From Kiritimatiellia bacterium (GTDB taxonomy: Bacteria; Verrucomicrobiota; Kiritimatiellia; JAAZAB01): DNA of 64,000 nt. Location of the stretch: positions 192,001 to 256,000 of the forward strand of contig JAXGPF010000005.1 in assembly GCA_040767085.1 (NCBI GenBank), written 5' to 3'. The notes below the pieces were generated by a model. That model was given only the letters and a program-made list of their open reading frames with translations. It was not told the origin of the DNA and did not search any database. The position numbers were made by a program, and so were the translations under genes. How positions within the stretch are numbered: position 1 is the first letter of the stretch; each line of letters opens with the position of its first letter. Of this stretch, positions 47,344-57,200 are shown one piece after another.

Positions 47344-50316
47344 ATGCCGCGCGACCATTTACAAGAACAACTCCAGCGATTGCGGCAGCCCGATGTGCGC
47401 CGGTTCCATGCCCTGATGGCGCGCCGCATCCGCACCATCCTGATGGTTTCCACGCAATACGAGGCTTTCAGCCTGGCATGGGACGGCAGTTTGACTGAAG
47501 ACATTTACGGCGCTTATTCGCTGCTGCACCTCCAGAATTTGCCGCAAATCACCACCGTGACTTCCGGGCGCGAAGCCCTGGAGATACTGGCGCGGGAAAA
47601 ATTCGACCTGGTGCTGGTGTCCTCCAACCTGGCGGATATGCCGATCGCCGAGTTCGGACAGGCGGTGAAAGCCGGGCACCCGGACCTGCCGGCGGTGATG
47701 CTGGTATTTGCGCTCGGCGACGCGCCGGAGGTCTGGCACAACTGCATCTGTCCCGGCATCGACTATGTATTTTGCTGGCAGGGCAACGCCAAGGTATTGT
47801 TTTCCATCATCAAGCTGGTGGAGGACTCGCTGAACGTGGAGCGGGACACCCGCATTGTGCCCATCGGTGTGCTGCTGGCGGTGGAAGATTCCATCCGGCA
47901 ATATTCCTTTTTCCTCCCGCATTTGTACACCCTGCTGATGAAACAGGCTTTTGCCCTGGTGCCCTACGGGGTGGATGAAAACGAGCGCCAGTTGCGCACC
48001 CGCACCCGGCCCAAGCTGTTGCTGGCGCGCAATTTTGAAGAAGCGGTGCGGCTGGCGGAACGTTACGGCGCGTTCCTGCATGGCGTCATTTCCGACATGG
48101 AAATCGGCGGCGGCGGGCGTTCCGGGCCGCGTGCCGCGCTGGAATTTCTGCGCGGCCTGCAAACCAAACAGCCCGGCCTGCCGCTGCTGCTGATGTCGGC
48201 GGACGACGCGGCGCCGGCGGCGGCGCGCGAACTGGGCATCCGGTTCGTCAGCAAACGTTCGCCGCGGTTTATCCGCGACTTGGAAGACTTTTTCTTCACC
48301 GACCTGGGCTTCGGGGATTTTGTTTTCCGGGATGCCGCCGGCCGGGAACTTGCCCGGGCGCGCACGCTGCGGGATTTTGAGCAGACCCTGCGGCGGATGC
48401 CGGAGGAATGCGTGGAGTTCCATTGCCGGCGCAATCATTTTTCGCATTGGCTCCTGGCGCAGGGGGAAGCCGGCCTGGCGGAAATCCTGCGGCCCCTGCA
48501 ATGCGCCGATTTCGCGTCCAGCGCCGCCATGCGCGATTTTCTATGCGAAGCCGTGGGGCATGCCCGGCGCGACAAACACCGCGGCATCGTCACGGATTTT
48601 CGCGCGGAGGATTTCGACCCGGAATACACCTTTTTGATGACCGGCCGGGGCAGCCTGGGCGGCAAGGCCCGCGGCCTGGCTTTCATGCTGAACGTTTTGT
48701 GCCGCTCCCGCGCCTCGCCCGAACTGGCCGGCGTGGAAATCCAGCTGCCGCGCACCTTGATCATCACCACGGACGCCTTTGACGAGTTCATGGCGCAGAA
48801 CGACCTGGAGTCCTTCGCGATGGATTGCGCGGACGACCGTGCGCTGCGCGCGCGGTTTTGCCAGGCCCGGCTGCCGGAAAGTCTCCGCGGCAAGCTGCAA
48901 GCTTACGCCGAACGCGTGCGCGTGCCCCTGGCCGTGCGTTCCTCCAGCCACCTGGAGGATTCCTGCAACCAGCCTTTCGCGGGGTTGTACGAGACGTACA
49001 TGCTGCCCAACAGCCATCCCGACGCGGCCGCCCGGCTGGAACAGCTTTGCCTGGCCGTCAAGCTGGTTTATGCTTCCGCCTTCACCGTCTCCATTAAAAA
49101 TTATTTCCAGACGCTCAAGCTCAACATGGAAGAGGAAAAAATGGCCGTAATCGTCCAGGAAATCGTAGGCCGGCGCCACGGGAACCTGTTCTATCCGACC
49201 GTTTCCGGCGTGGCGCAGTCGTTCAACTACTACCCGTTTGCCCGCATGACGCCGTCCGACGGCCTGGCCGCCGTGGCCCTGGGCTTCGGCAAAATCGTGG
49301 TCGAGGGCGGCGATGTCCTGCGTTTCAGCCCCCGCCATCCCAACTTGCTGCCCCAGTCCGGCGCCGTGTCGGAAATGCTGCGGAATTCCCAGAAAAGTTT
49401 CTACGCGCTGGACCTGGACGATACGGCGCCGGACTTATGCGCGGACCAGTCGTCCAATCTCAAGCTTTACGACCTGGCACGCGCCGAACGCGACGCGACC
49501 CTCCACCCGGTGGGCAGCGTTATTTCCGCCGAGGACGACCGCGTGGTGGACGACCTGGCGGCCGCCGGGCCGCGCATTGTAAGTTTTGCGCCCATCCTGA
49601 AACGGCGCTTGTTCCCCCTGTGCGATGTGCTCAATGCGCTGCTGGAGCTGGGCCGGGCCAGCCTGGGCAGCCACGTGGAAATCGAGTTTGCCGTCAACAT
49701 TGACTACCGGAAAAACAGCCGTCCGGAATTCTTTCTGCTGCAAATCCGGCCCATGTCCACCTCGCGCGAACGCCTGGAATTCAAGTTGGACTCGCTGCCG
49801 CCCGCGCGGACAGTCTGCCGCTGCCGCCGCGTAATGGGGAACGGCGTCCTGGAAAACATACACGATGTGATTTACTGCCATCCCGCCCGCTTCGATTTCA
49901 GCCGGTCCTGCCGCGCGGCGGAGACGATCGGCCGGCTAAACCAGGAATTGCTGCGGGAGCGCCGGCGGTATGTCCTGCTGGGCCCGGGCCGCTGGGGAAC
50001 GCGCGTGCCGGCCCTGGGCGTGCCGGTCAACTGGCAGCAAGTCGCCGGCGCGGCGGTGATCGTGGAGTTGCCCGCCGCCGGCCGGCGGCTGGATCCATCG
50101 CAGGGCGCGCATTTTTTCCATAACCTGGCCGCCACCGGCATCGGGTATTTTTCGCTGTCGGAGCAGGATGCGGATAATTTCATCAACTGGGATGCGTTTG
50201 AAAAACAAACGCCGGCATTCGACGACGGGCTGGTGCGCCACCTGCGGCTGGACACGCCGCTGGCGGTGTACATGGACGCTTTGAACCAGCGCGGCGCGAT
50301 CGCGCAAGGCAATTAA
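47344..50316 (+). CDS. Receiver-domain / PEP-synthase-like (PPDK_N) multidomain protein
   Basis: Two receiver-like N-terminal domains, NHFSHWL, GGKARGL, AVRSSSHLED..QPFAGLY, EEKMAV, IEFA, LQIRP, GPGRWG and SQGAHFFHN. The ORF-track start (47251) lies inside the IS end, so ATG 47344 is preferred. Confidence 0.85.
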   Translation: MPRDHLQEQLQRLRQPDVRRFHALMARRIRTILMVSTQYEAFSLAWDGSLTEDIYGAYSLLHLQNLPQITTVTSGREALEILAREKFDLVLVSSNLADMPIAEFGQAVKAGHPDLPAVMLVFALGDAPEVWHNCICPGIDYVFCWQGNAKVLFSIIKLVEDSLNVERDTRIVPIGVLLAVEDSIRQYSFFLPHLYTLLMKQAFALVPYGVDENERQLRTRTRPKLLLARNFEEAVRLAERYGAFLHGVISDMEIGGGGRSGPRAALEFLRGLQTKQPGLPLLLMSADDAAPAAARELGIRFVSKRSPRFIRDLEDFFFTDLGFGDFVFRDAAGRELARARTLRDFEQTLRRMPEECVEFHCRRNHFSHWLLAQGEAGLAEILRPLQCADFASSAAMRDFLCEAVGHARRDKHRGIVTDFRAEDFDPEYTFLMTGRGSLGGKARGLAFMLNVLCRSRASPELAGVEIQLPRTLIITTDAFDEFMAQNDLESFAMDCADDRALRARFCQARLPESLRGKLQAYAERVRVPLAVRSSSHLEDSCNQPFAGLYETYMLPNSHPDAAARLEQLCLAVKLVYASAFTVSIKNYFQTLKLNMEEEKMAVIVQEIVGRRHGNLFYPTVSGVAQSFNYYPFARMTPSDGLAAVALGFGKIVVEGGDVLRFSPRHPNLLPQSGAVSEMLRNSQKSFYALDLDDTAPDLCADQSSNLKLYDLARAERDATLHPVGSVISAEDDRVVDDLAAAGPRIVSFAPILKRRLFPLCDVLNALLELGRASLGSHVEIEFAVNIDYRKNSRPEFFLLQIRPMSTSRERLEFKLDSLPPARTVCRCRRVMGNGVLENIHDVIYCHPARFDFSRSCRAAETIGRLNQELLRERRRYVLLGPGRWGTRVPALGVPVNWQQVAGAAVIVELPAAGRRLDPSQGAHFFHNLAATGIGYFSLSEQDADNFINWDAFEKQTPAFDDGLVRHLRLDTPLAVYMDALNQRGAIAQGN

Positions 50317-50427
50317 TGCGCCGCGGCCCGGTCCTGGGTAAAGCCCGGCCGGCCGCGCCAAGTCCAAGCTTGCGGTAAATCCCCCGGCTGCTAAAATGCT
50401 TTACCATGCCCTACGCATGGTTTTCAT

Positions 50428-51582
50428 ATGCCCGGAATTAACCAGCATCAACGATACTCGCGCCGCCGGTTTCTGGCCGGCTGCGGCGGCGCCCTGGGCG
50501 CCGCCGCGCTCTGGCCGGCCGGCGCGGCGCCGGAGCCGGCGCCGCCGAAAGGCCCCGGGGCCGGCATCCCGCCGGGTTTGCGCGCCGCGGAATTCTGGGA
50601 GCCCCTGGCGGACAACCGCGTCCGTTGCCGTTTGTGTCCCCGGGCCTGCACGATCGGCGACGGGCAACGCGGCTACTGCCGGACGCGCGAGAATCGCGGT
50701 GGAAAATATTACACACTGGTTTACGGCCAGGCTTGCGCGCGCAACGTTGATCCCATCGAAAAGAAACCGTTTTTCCATGTTTACCCCGGCAGCCGCGCCT
50801 ATTCCATCGCAACGGCGGGGTGCAATTTCGCCTGCCGGTTCTGCCAGAACTGGGACATCGCCCAGGCCGCGCCGGAAGATTTCCGGGTGGATTCCCACTC
50901 CCCCGCGGAAATTGCCCGGGCGGCGTCCGACGCCGGCTGCCGCACGCTGGCCTACACTTACAACGAGCCCACCGTGTTTTACGAATACCTCCGGGATTGC
51001 GCGCGCGCCGGCCGGGAAGGCGGCGTGGAGAGCGTGGTGGTCAGCAACGGCTACATCGAAGCAGCGCCCCTGGAAGCCCTGCTGCCGCTGCTGCGGGCGG
51101 TGAAAATTGACCTGAAGGCCTTCACCCAGAACTTTTACGGCCGCGTCTGCGACGGCGAACTGCGGCCGGTGCTGGAAACGCTGCGGCGTCTGCGCGGTGC
51201 GGGCATCTGGTTCGAAATCGTGGTGCTGATCATCCCGTCCCTGAACGATCAACCGGATGAAATCCGCCGGATGACCGAGTGGATTGTCCGGGAACTGGGG
51301 CCCGACGTGCCGGTGCATTTTTCCCGGTTTCACCCGACTTATAAAATGCGCAACATCCCGCCTACCCCGCCGGCGGTCTTGGAGGAATGCTGCAGGACGG
51401 CCCGCGAGCAAGGCTGCCGGTTCGTCTATATCGGCAATGTGCCCGGCGCGCCGGCCCAGGATACCGTCTGCCCCGGCTGCGGCAAAGTCCTGATCCGCCG
51501 CGCCGGTTACCACATTGCGGAAAACCATCTGGAGTCCGGCCGGTGCAGCGGCTGTCGCCGGCCAATCCCCGGAGTTTGGTAG
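50428..51582 (+). CDS. amrS: AmmeMemoRadiSam-system radical SAM enzyme with twin-arginine signal
   Basis: CRLCPRAC...GYCRTR, DPIEKKP, GCNFACRFCQNW, YTYNEP, HFSRFHP and YIGNV; N-terminal SRRRFL. Confidence 0.9.
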   Translation: MPGINQHQRYSRRRFLAGCGGALGAAALWPAGAAPEPAPPKGPGAGIPPGLRAAEFWEPLADNRVRCRLCPRACTIGDGQRGYCRTRENRGGKYYTLVYGQACARNVDPIEKKPFFHVYPGSRAYSIATAGCNFACRFCQNWDIAQAAPEDFRVDSHSPAEIARAASDAGCRTLAYTYNEPTVFYEYLRDCARAGREGGVESVVVSNGYIEAAPLEALLPLLRAVKIDLKAFTQNFYGRVCDGELRPVLETLRRLRGAGIWFEIVVLIIPSLNDQPDEIRRMTEWIVRELGPDVPVHFSRFHPTYKMRNIPPTPPAVLEECCRTAREQGCRFVYIGNVPGAPAQDTVCPGCGKVLIRRAGYHIAENHLESGRCSGCRRPIPGVW

Positions 51583-51740
51583 TTGAAATCTGTTCCGACG
51601 TAAAACCTTAACACCCTAAAACCTTTAAAACCCGGGGGTTGGAATCTGTTCCGACGTAAAACCTTAACACCCTAAAACCTTTAAAACCCGGGGGTTGGAA
51701 TCTGTTCCGACTTAAAACCTTAACACCCTAAAACCTAAAA
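51582..51740. repeat. 56-bp tandem repeat (~2.8 copies) with internal ~8-bp subrepeats
   Basis: Units start at 51582, 51638 and 51694: GTTGRAATCTGTTCCGACKTAAAACCTTAACACCCTAAAACCT... Confidence 0.9.
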
Positions 51741-51780
51741 CATTAAAAAAAACATTCGTTATGCAATCTGTTCCGGCAAC

Positions 51781-52989
51781 ATGAAAATCCTGATCATATC
51801 CAAACTGCTGCCTTCCACCACGGGTGTCAGCGGCGCCGCGATCGTTTATAACCGCATCCGCCACATTGCTTCCCTGGGATGGGAAGTGGATGTCCTGGCA
51901 TTTGCCCCGCCGGACGGCAGCGGCCAGGCGGAGGCGGCGCGCCTGCACGACCTGGTGCGCCGCCTGGAATTGCTGCCGGCGCCTGCCGGCGGATCGCTGG
52001 GTTGCGGCCGGCTGAATTACCTTTCGCGGGTGCCCTACCCCTTTTGCATGGCCAGTTCGCCGGCGATGGCGCTCCTGACCGGGGAGATGGTGCGCCGGGA
52101 GCGTTACCACGTGGTCCTCGCCGAATTCTCAGAAATGGGGCAATATCTTTTCGGCAATCCTCACCTCGGCGCCGTGCGCCGAATCGTTTCCTGCCACGAA
52201 TGCCGCACGGCCGCCTGGGCGCGCGCCATGCGCCTGCACCTCTGGCGCTACGACGGCGTGACGAAACGCCTGCATTTCAACCGGCTGCGGCGTTACGAAT
52301 TCGCCATGTACCGCAACATGGACCACGTACTGGCGCTGACTTCCCAGGAACGCCACGAGCTTTTGAAATACGCGCCCAACCTGCGGGTAGCCGTCGCGCC
52401 GCCGGGAATCAATCCTCCGCCGGCGCAGGACCGCCCGCTGCCGCCGGGCCGCTGCCTGCTGTTTATCGGGTGTTACGCCAACGAGGCGAATCGCGACGCC
52501 GTGCGCTGGTTTGCCCGCGCCGTCTGGCCGCTGCTCAAGACGCGCTATCCCGACCTGCTGTTTTACGTGGTCGGTTACGGCGCCACCCGCGATATCCGGG
52601 ATTTGGGCCGTCGGGACGCCTCCATCATCGTCACCGGCGCCGTGGACGACTGGCAACCATACCTGGCCAAGGCGCGGGTATTCGTCTGCCCATTCCGCAT
52701 GGGCGGCGGGTTCCACGTTAAAAACCTGGAAGCCATGGCGGCCGGCGTGCCGGTGGTCAGCACATCCATCGGCGCGGCCGGCATCCCGTCCTGGGACGGC
52801 GAAAGCATCCTGCTGGCCGATACCGCGCGCCAATTCGCCCGGTGCGTCAGCCTGCTGCTGGATGATCCGGGCGTTTGCCGCACCCTGGCGGCCAACGCGC
52901 GGAAACTGGTGGAGCACCGGTTTACCGGCGCCAATGAAAAAGCCGTGCTGGCGCAAGTTCTGGAGGAAGTCGCCGCCGGCTACGACTGA
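51781..52989 (+). CDS. GT4-family glycosyltransferase
   Basis: MKILII, ANRDAVRWF, VTGAVDD, PFRMGGG..KNLEAMAAGVPVVST. Confidence 0.9.
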   Translation: MKILIISKLLPSTTGVSGAAIVYNRIRHIASLGWEVDVLAFAPPDGSGQAEAARLHDLVRRLELLPAPAGGSLGCGRLNYLSRVPYPFCMASSPAMALLTGEMVRRERYHVVLAEFSEMGQYLFGNPHLGAVRRIVSCHECRTAAWARAMRLHLWRYDGVTKRLHFNRLRRYEFAMYRNMDHVLALTSQERHELLKYAPNLRVAVAPPGINPPPAQDRPLPPGRCLLFIGCYANEANRDAVRWFARAVWPLLKTRYPDLLFYVVGYGATRDIRDLGRRDASIIVTGAVDDWQPYLAKARVFVCPFRMGGGFHVKNLEAMAAGVPVVSTSIGAAGIPSWDGESILLADTARQFARCVSLLLDDPGVCRTLAANARKLVEHRFTGANEKAVLAQVLEEVAAGYD

Positions 52990-54251
52990 CGCTGCCAGCG
53001 CGCGATAAACATGCCATTGCAGCTGCCTTCCCAGGGCCAAATCCAGATTCGTCCATCACATGCCTGGCCCGTCAGGGGGTGCGCTGCCGGTTGCAGATTG
53101 AAATCCGGCCGACGGCGCGCGAAAGCCGCGGCCGCGCCCGCGGTTTCAACGGCGGTCATGGTGCAAACGGCGTAAACCAGGCAGCCGCCCGGCCGCACTT
53201 TTTCCGCCGCCGCGGCCAGTAATCCAACCTGCCGGGCGGCCTGTTCCGTGACAGCGGACTCCGCCGCGCGCCAGCGGGCGTCGGGATTGCGATGCCATGT
53301 GCCCATCCCCGAACAAGGGGCATCCACCAGCACGCCGTCAAACAATCCTGGCGGCCGGCCGGCGGCCCCGCCTTGCCAGGGCCGGACATGGATAACGGCG
53401 GCCGCATGTTTCGCGCGCCGTCTCTGCAATTCCGCAAGCATGGCCGGCCGTGCATCGGTCGCCCAGATTTCTCCGGAGCCGGCCATCAAATCCGCCAGGT
53501 GCAACGTTTTGCCGCCGGCGCCTGCACAGGCATCCCACCAGCGTTCGCCTGGCCGCGGCGCGCAAACCAACCCCACCGCCTGGGAAGCCAGGTCCTGGAC
53601 TTCCCAATATCTGACATGGGCTGGATTAAAATCGGGCGGGCTGGCGGCGGGCAGGGCCGCGGCTTGCGCCAGCGCCGGGTGCGGCTGGGCCCCGGGCGGC
53701 CAGGCGGGCGGAGTTCCGTGGGCATGAACATCCCGGCGGACCCAGACTGCCGGCCGGGTCTGTAAAGCTTCCAAACAGGATTGCAGGTGGTTGTCCGCCG
53801 GCGTGGCCGCCGGATAATACAACTGCGGCACGGCCCATGGCGGAACCAGGGCCGGGAGCGCCGGCGTTTCAGCCAATTGCAGGTATGTCTGCAAACGCGC
53901 AGCGCGCTCCGCCAGCGGCAAGCCGGACAGCGGCTGGGGCGGCGGCAACCCCGCCCGTTCGGCCAGGCAATCCAATGCGGGATGCGGCGCCAGCCCATCC
54001 AGCATGCCGGCAGCCGCCAGGCCGGCGGCCGGCGGGATGGCCGCCGGCAACCAGCCGCGCCAGCGGTGCCAGGCGAAAATCATGCCGGTAAAAAAACGGC
54101 GGTCGCGTCCGCCGAACTCGCGATGTGCGCGGTAATGCCCGGCCAGGAACCGGTCGGCCGGCCGGCCGGCGGCCGTCTCGGCCAAAGCCAACTCCAGCAA
54201 CTGGGGCAGGTATTCCGCCTGGCGGCGCGCGGCATGTAGCGGGATTGGCAT
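52980..54251 (-). CDS. RsmB/NOP-family SAM-dependent RNA m5C methyltransferase
   Basis: EVQDLASQ, DACAGAGGKT, VLVDAPCSGMG..RNPD and VYAVCT. Confidence 0.88.
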   Translation of the reverse strand: MPIPLHAARRQAEYLPQLLELALAETAAGRPADRFLAGHYRAHREFGGRDRRFFTGMIFAWHRWRGWLPAAIPPAAGLAAAGMLDGLAPHPALDCLAERAGLPPPQPLSGLPLAERAARLQTYLQLAETPALPALVPPWAVPQLYYPAATPADNHLQSCLEALQTRPAVWVRRDVHAHGTPPAWPPGAQPHPALAQAAALPAASPPDFNPAHVRYWEVQDLASQAVGLVCAPRPGERWWDACAGAGGKTLHLADLMAGSGEIWATDARPAMLAELQRRRAKHAAAVIHVRPWQGGAAGRPPGLFDGVLVDAPCSGMGTWHRNPDARWRAAESAVTEQAARQVGLLAAAAEKVRPGGCLVYAVCTMTAVETAGAAAAFARRRPDFNLQPAAHPLTGQACDGRIWIWPWEGSCNGMFIARWQRQS

Positions 54252-54259
54252 GGCATTGG

Positions 54260-57200
54260 CTAACGCCCGTAGCGGCGGCCATTCTGGGCCGGCCGGTCGC
54301 CGCGCAGGCAGGCCCGCTGCAAAACGCCGATGAACACGCTTTGCGGGCCCAGCAGGTCTTCCAGTTCCGCAATCAAACCGGCGGTGACGGAAACGCGATA
54401 GGCGCTGTCGGTATTCAGGAAGACCTCTTCGCCCTTGGGAAACTGCAGGCAAAAAACCGCCGGCGTATCGCCGGGATACCGCTGGAACAGGGTGCGGATC
54501 CGCTCCAGCATGTCATCCGACAAAACCGCGGCCGGCACATGCAGGCTGATGCGCTCGGTAAAAATCCGGGGCGCGCGTTCCAGCGGATAAACTTCGTATA
54601 TCTTCATTTTGACAGATTGTTCGCTGCGGGAAACCTCACCGCAAACCATCACCGCCGCCCCGGGCGTCAATTCCGCGCCGAATTCGGTCCAGGTATCCGG
54701 AAAGGCCACGGCTTCCAGCATGCCTTCGGTATCCTCAATCCGCGTCACGGCCATCTGGTCCTTGTTTTTCGTGATCTTTTTCTCCACCGCCGCCACCAGC
54801 CCGCCTACCCGCGTGACCATGCCGTTTTCCATTTCCGCCAATTCCGCGATCGTCGCCAGGCGGTAGCGTTTCAGCAGCGGTTCATACTGCGTGAGCGGAT
54901 GGCCGCTCATGTAGATTCCCAAAAGTTCCTTCTCCGCCGCCAGCAATTCGTTGTCCGGCCAGGGCGGGCAGTCCGGCAGGATATTCGCATCCTCCTCCGC
55001 GCTGTCATCCAGCATGGAAAACAGGGAAGCCTGCCCCATGCTCCGGTCCTTCAGGGTGGAGGCCGCCCGGCGCAGCGCCGGCTCGACCCCGGCAAACAGG
55101 CTGGCGCGATGACCGCCCAGGGAATCGAAGGCGCCGCAGCGCGCGAGGGTTTCCATCACCCGGCGGTTCAACACCCTGGGGTCCAGCCGCAGGCAGAAGT
55201 CCACCAGGTTTTTATAAACGCCGCCCTTTTCCCGTTCGGCGATGATGGCTTCTGACACGCCTTCGCCGACATTTTTCACGCCTGCCAGGCCGAAGCGGAT
55301 GTTTTTTTCGCCGGGCATGAAACGCACCTGGCTTTGATTGACGTCCGGCGGCAGAATCTCAAGCCCCATTTCGCGCGCTTCGTTGATGTACACCGGCAAC
55401 TTGTCGGCATTGCCGATTTCGCTGGAAATCAGGGCCGCCATGAACGCCTCCGGATAATGGGCTTTCAAGTAGGCAGTCTGATAGGCGATCACTCCGTAGC
55501 CGGCGCTGTGGGACTTGTTAAAGCCGTAGCCGGCGAACTTGGCGATGTTTTCGAAGATACGCTCGGCCTTTTTAGCCGGCATTTTACAGGTTTTCTGGCA
55601 GCCCTCGATGAAGCTCTGGCGCTGCTTCTCCATTTCCTCGGGCTTTTTCTTGCCCATCGCCCGGCGCAGGATGTCGCCCTGGCCGAGGGTATACCCCGCC
55701 AGTTTCTGGGCGGCCTGCTGTACCTGCTCCTGGTACAGCATGATGCCATAAGTTTCCGCCAGGATCGGTTCCAGCAGGGGATCGTCGTAAGCAATCTTCA
55801 CCTTGCCGGTTTTGCGGTCCACGTAATCGTCCAGCATGTTCATCGGACCGGGCCGGTAAAGGGCGATCATGGCGATCAAGTCCTCGATGCGGTCGAGGCT
55901 GATCCGGCGCACCAGGTCGCGCATGCCCTTGCTTTCCAGTTGGAACACGCCCACGGTGTCACCGCGTCGGAGCAGGGCATAGGTATCCGGATCGTCCATG
56001 GGGATGGCGTTGATATCCACATCTCCCCCGCCGGTCTTGCGGAGGAGCGCCAGGGTCTCCTCGATCACCGTCAGGGTTTTCAAGCCCAGGAAATCCGCCT
56101 TGAGCATGCCCAGGGCTTCCACGTGATCCTTGCTGTACTGCGTGACGACTTCCTTGCTCTCGTCCTTGTCCTTGCTCTTGCCCAGGGTCAGCGGCAGCAT
56201 GTCCACCAGCGGTTGTTCGGAAATCACCACGCCCGCGGCATGCACTCCGGCATTGCGGTAGAGGCCTTCCAGCACTCGGGCATACGGCAGAATCCGGCGC
56301 GCATGTTCATCGGATTCCGCCGCCTTGCGGAATTCCAGGCTGGTCTGCTCGGCCTTTTCCAGCGTCATTTCCAATTCTTCCGGCACCAGCTTGGCCAGGC
56401 GGTCGCAATCCGGCAGCGGCACCTGCAGCACGCGGCCGACATCGCGGATGACCGTTTTCGCGCCCAGCGAACCGAAGGTGATGATCTGCGCCACGTTATC
56501 GCGGCCGTATTTCTGCTTGACGTACTCGATTACCTCGCCCCGGCGGAACTGGCAGAAATCAATGTCAAAGTCCGGCGGGCTGATGCGTTCCGGATTGAGG
56601 AACCGCTCGAACACCAGGTTGTAACGCAGCGGATCGATCCCGGTAATACCCAGGATATAGGATACCAGGCTCCCGGCCCCGGAACCGCGGCCGGGGCCGA
56701 CGGGGATATTGCTTTCCCGGGCGAACCGGACAAAGTCCCACACCACCAGGAAGTAGCCCAAAAATCCGGTTTTTTCGATAACGCCGATCTCATAATCCAT
56801 GCGCTCGACGATTTGCCGTTCGCGGTCATCCCGCGGCTGGTCCGGGGTTGCCACCCCGTAACACCGGCGCAAGCCCTCGCGGCAAAGTTGCAGGAGGTAG
56901 GTTTTCTGGTCCAAGCCGTCCGGCGGACGGAAGACGGGGAAATGCAGGGATTTAAAATCCAACTCGACGTTACACCGATGGGCGATGTCCACGGTATTGG
57001 ACAGCGCTTCCGGTACTTCCCGGAACAACCTGGCCATGTCGGCGCCGGTTTTGAGGTAAAATTCCGGGGAAGCGTAACGCATGTGATTGGGGTCGGACAA
57101 TACCGCTCCCGTCTGAATGCACAGCAGGACTTCATGCGCCTCGGCATGCTCGCGCTTGAGATAATGCACGTCATTGGACGCCGCCAGGGGCAGGCCTGTG

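Noticed and set aside
51582-51740. CRISPR array (units begin GTTG..)
   Set aside because: The intervening sequences are identical rather than unique spacers, and no cas genes are present.
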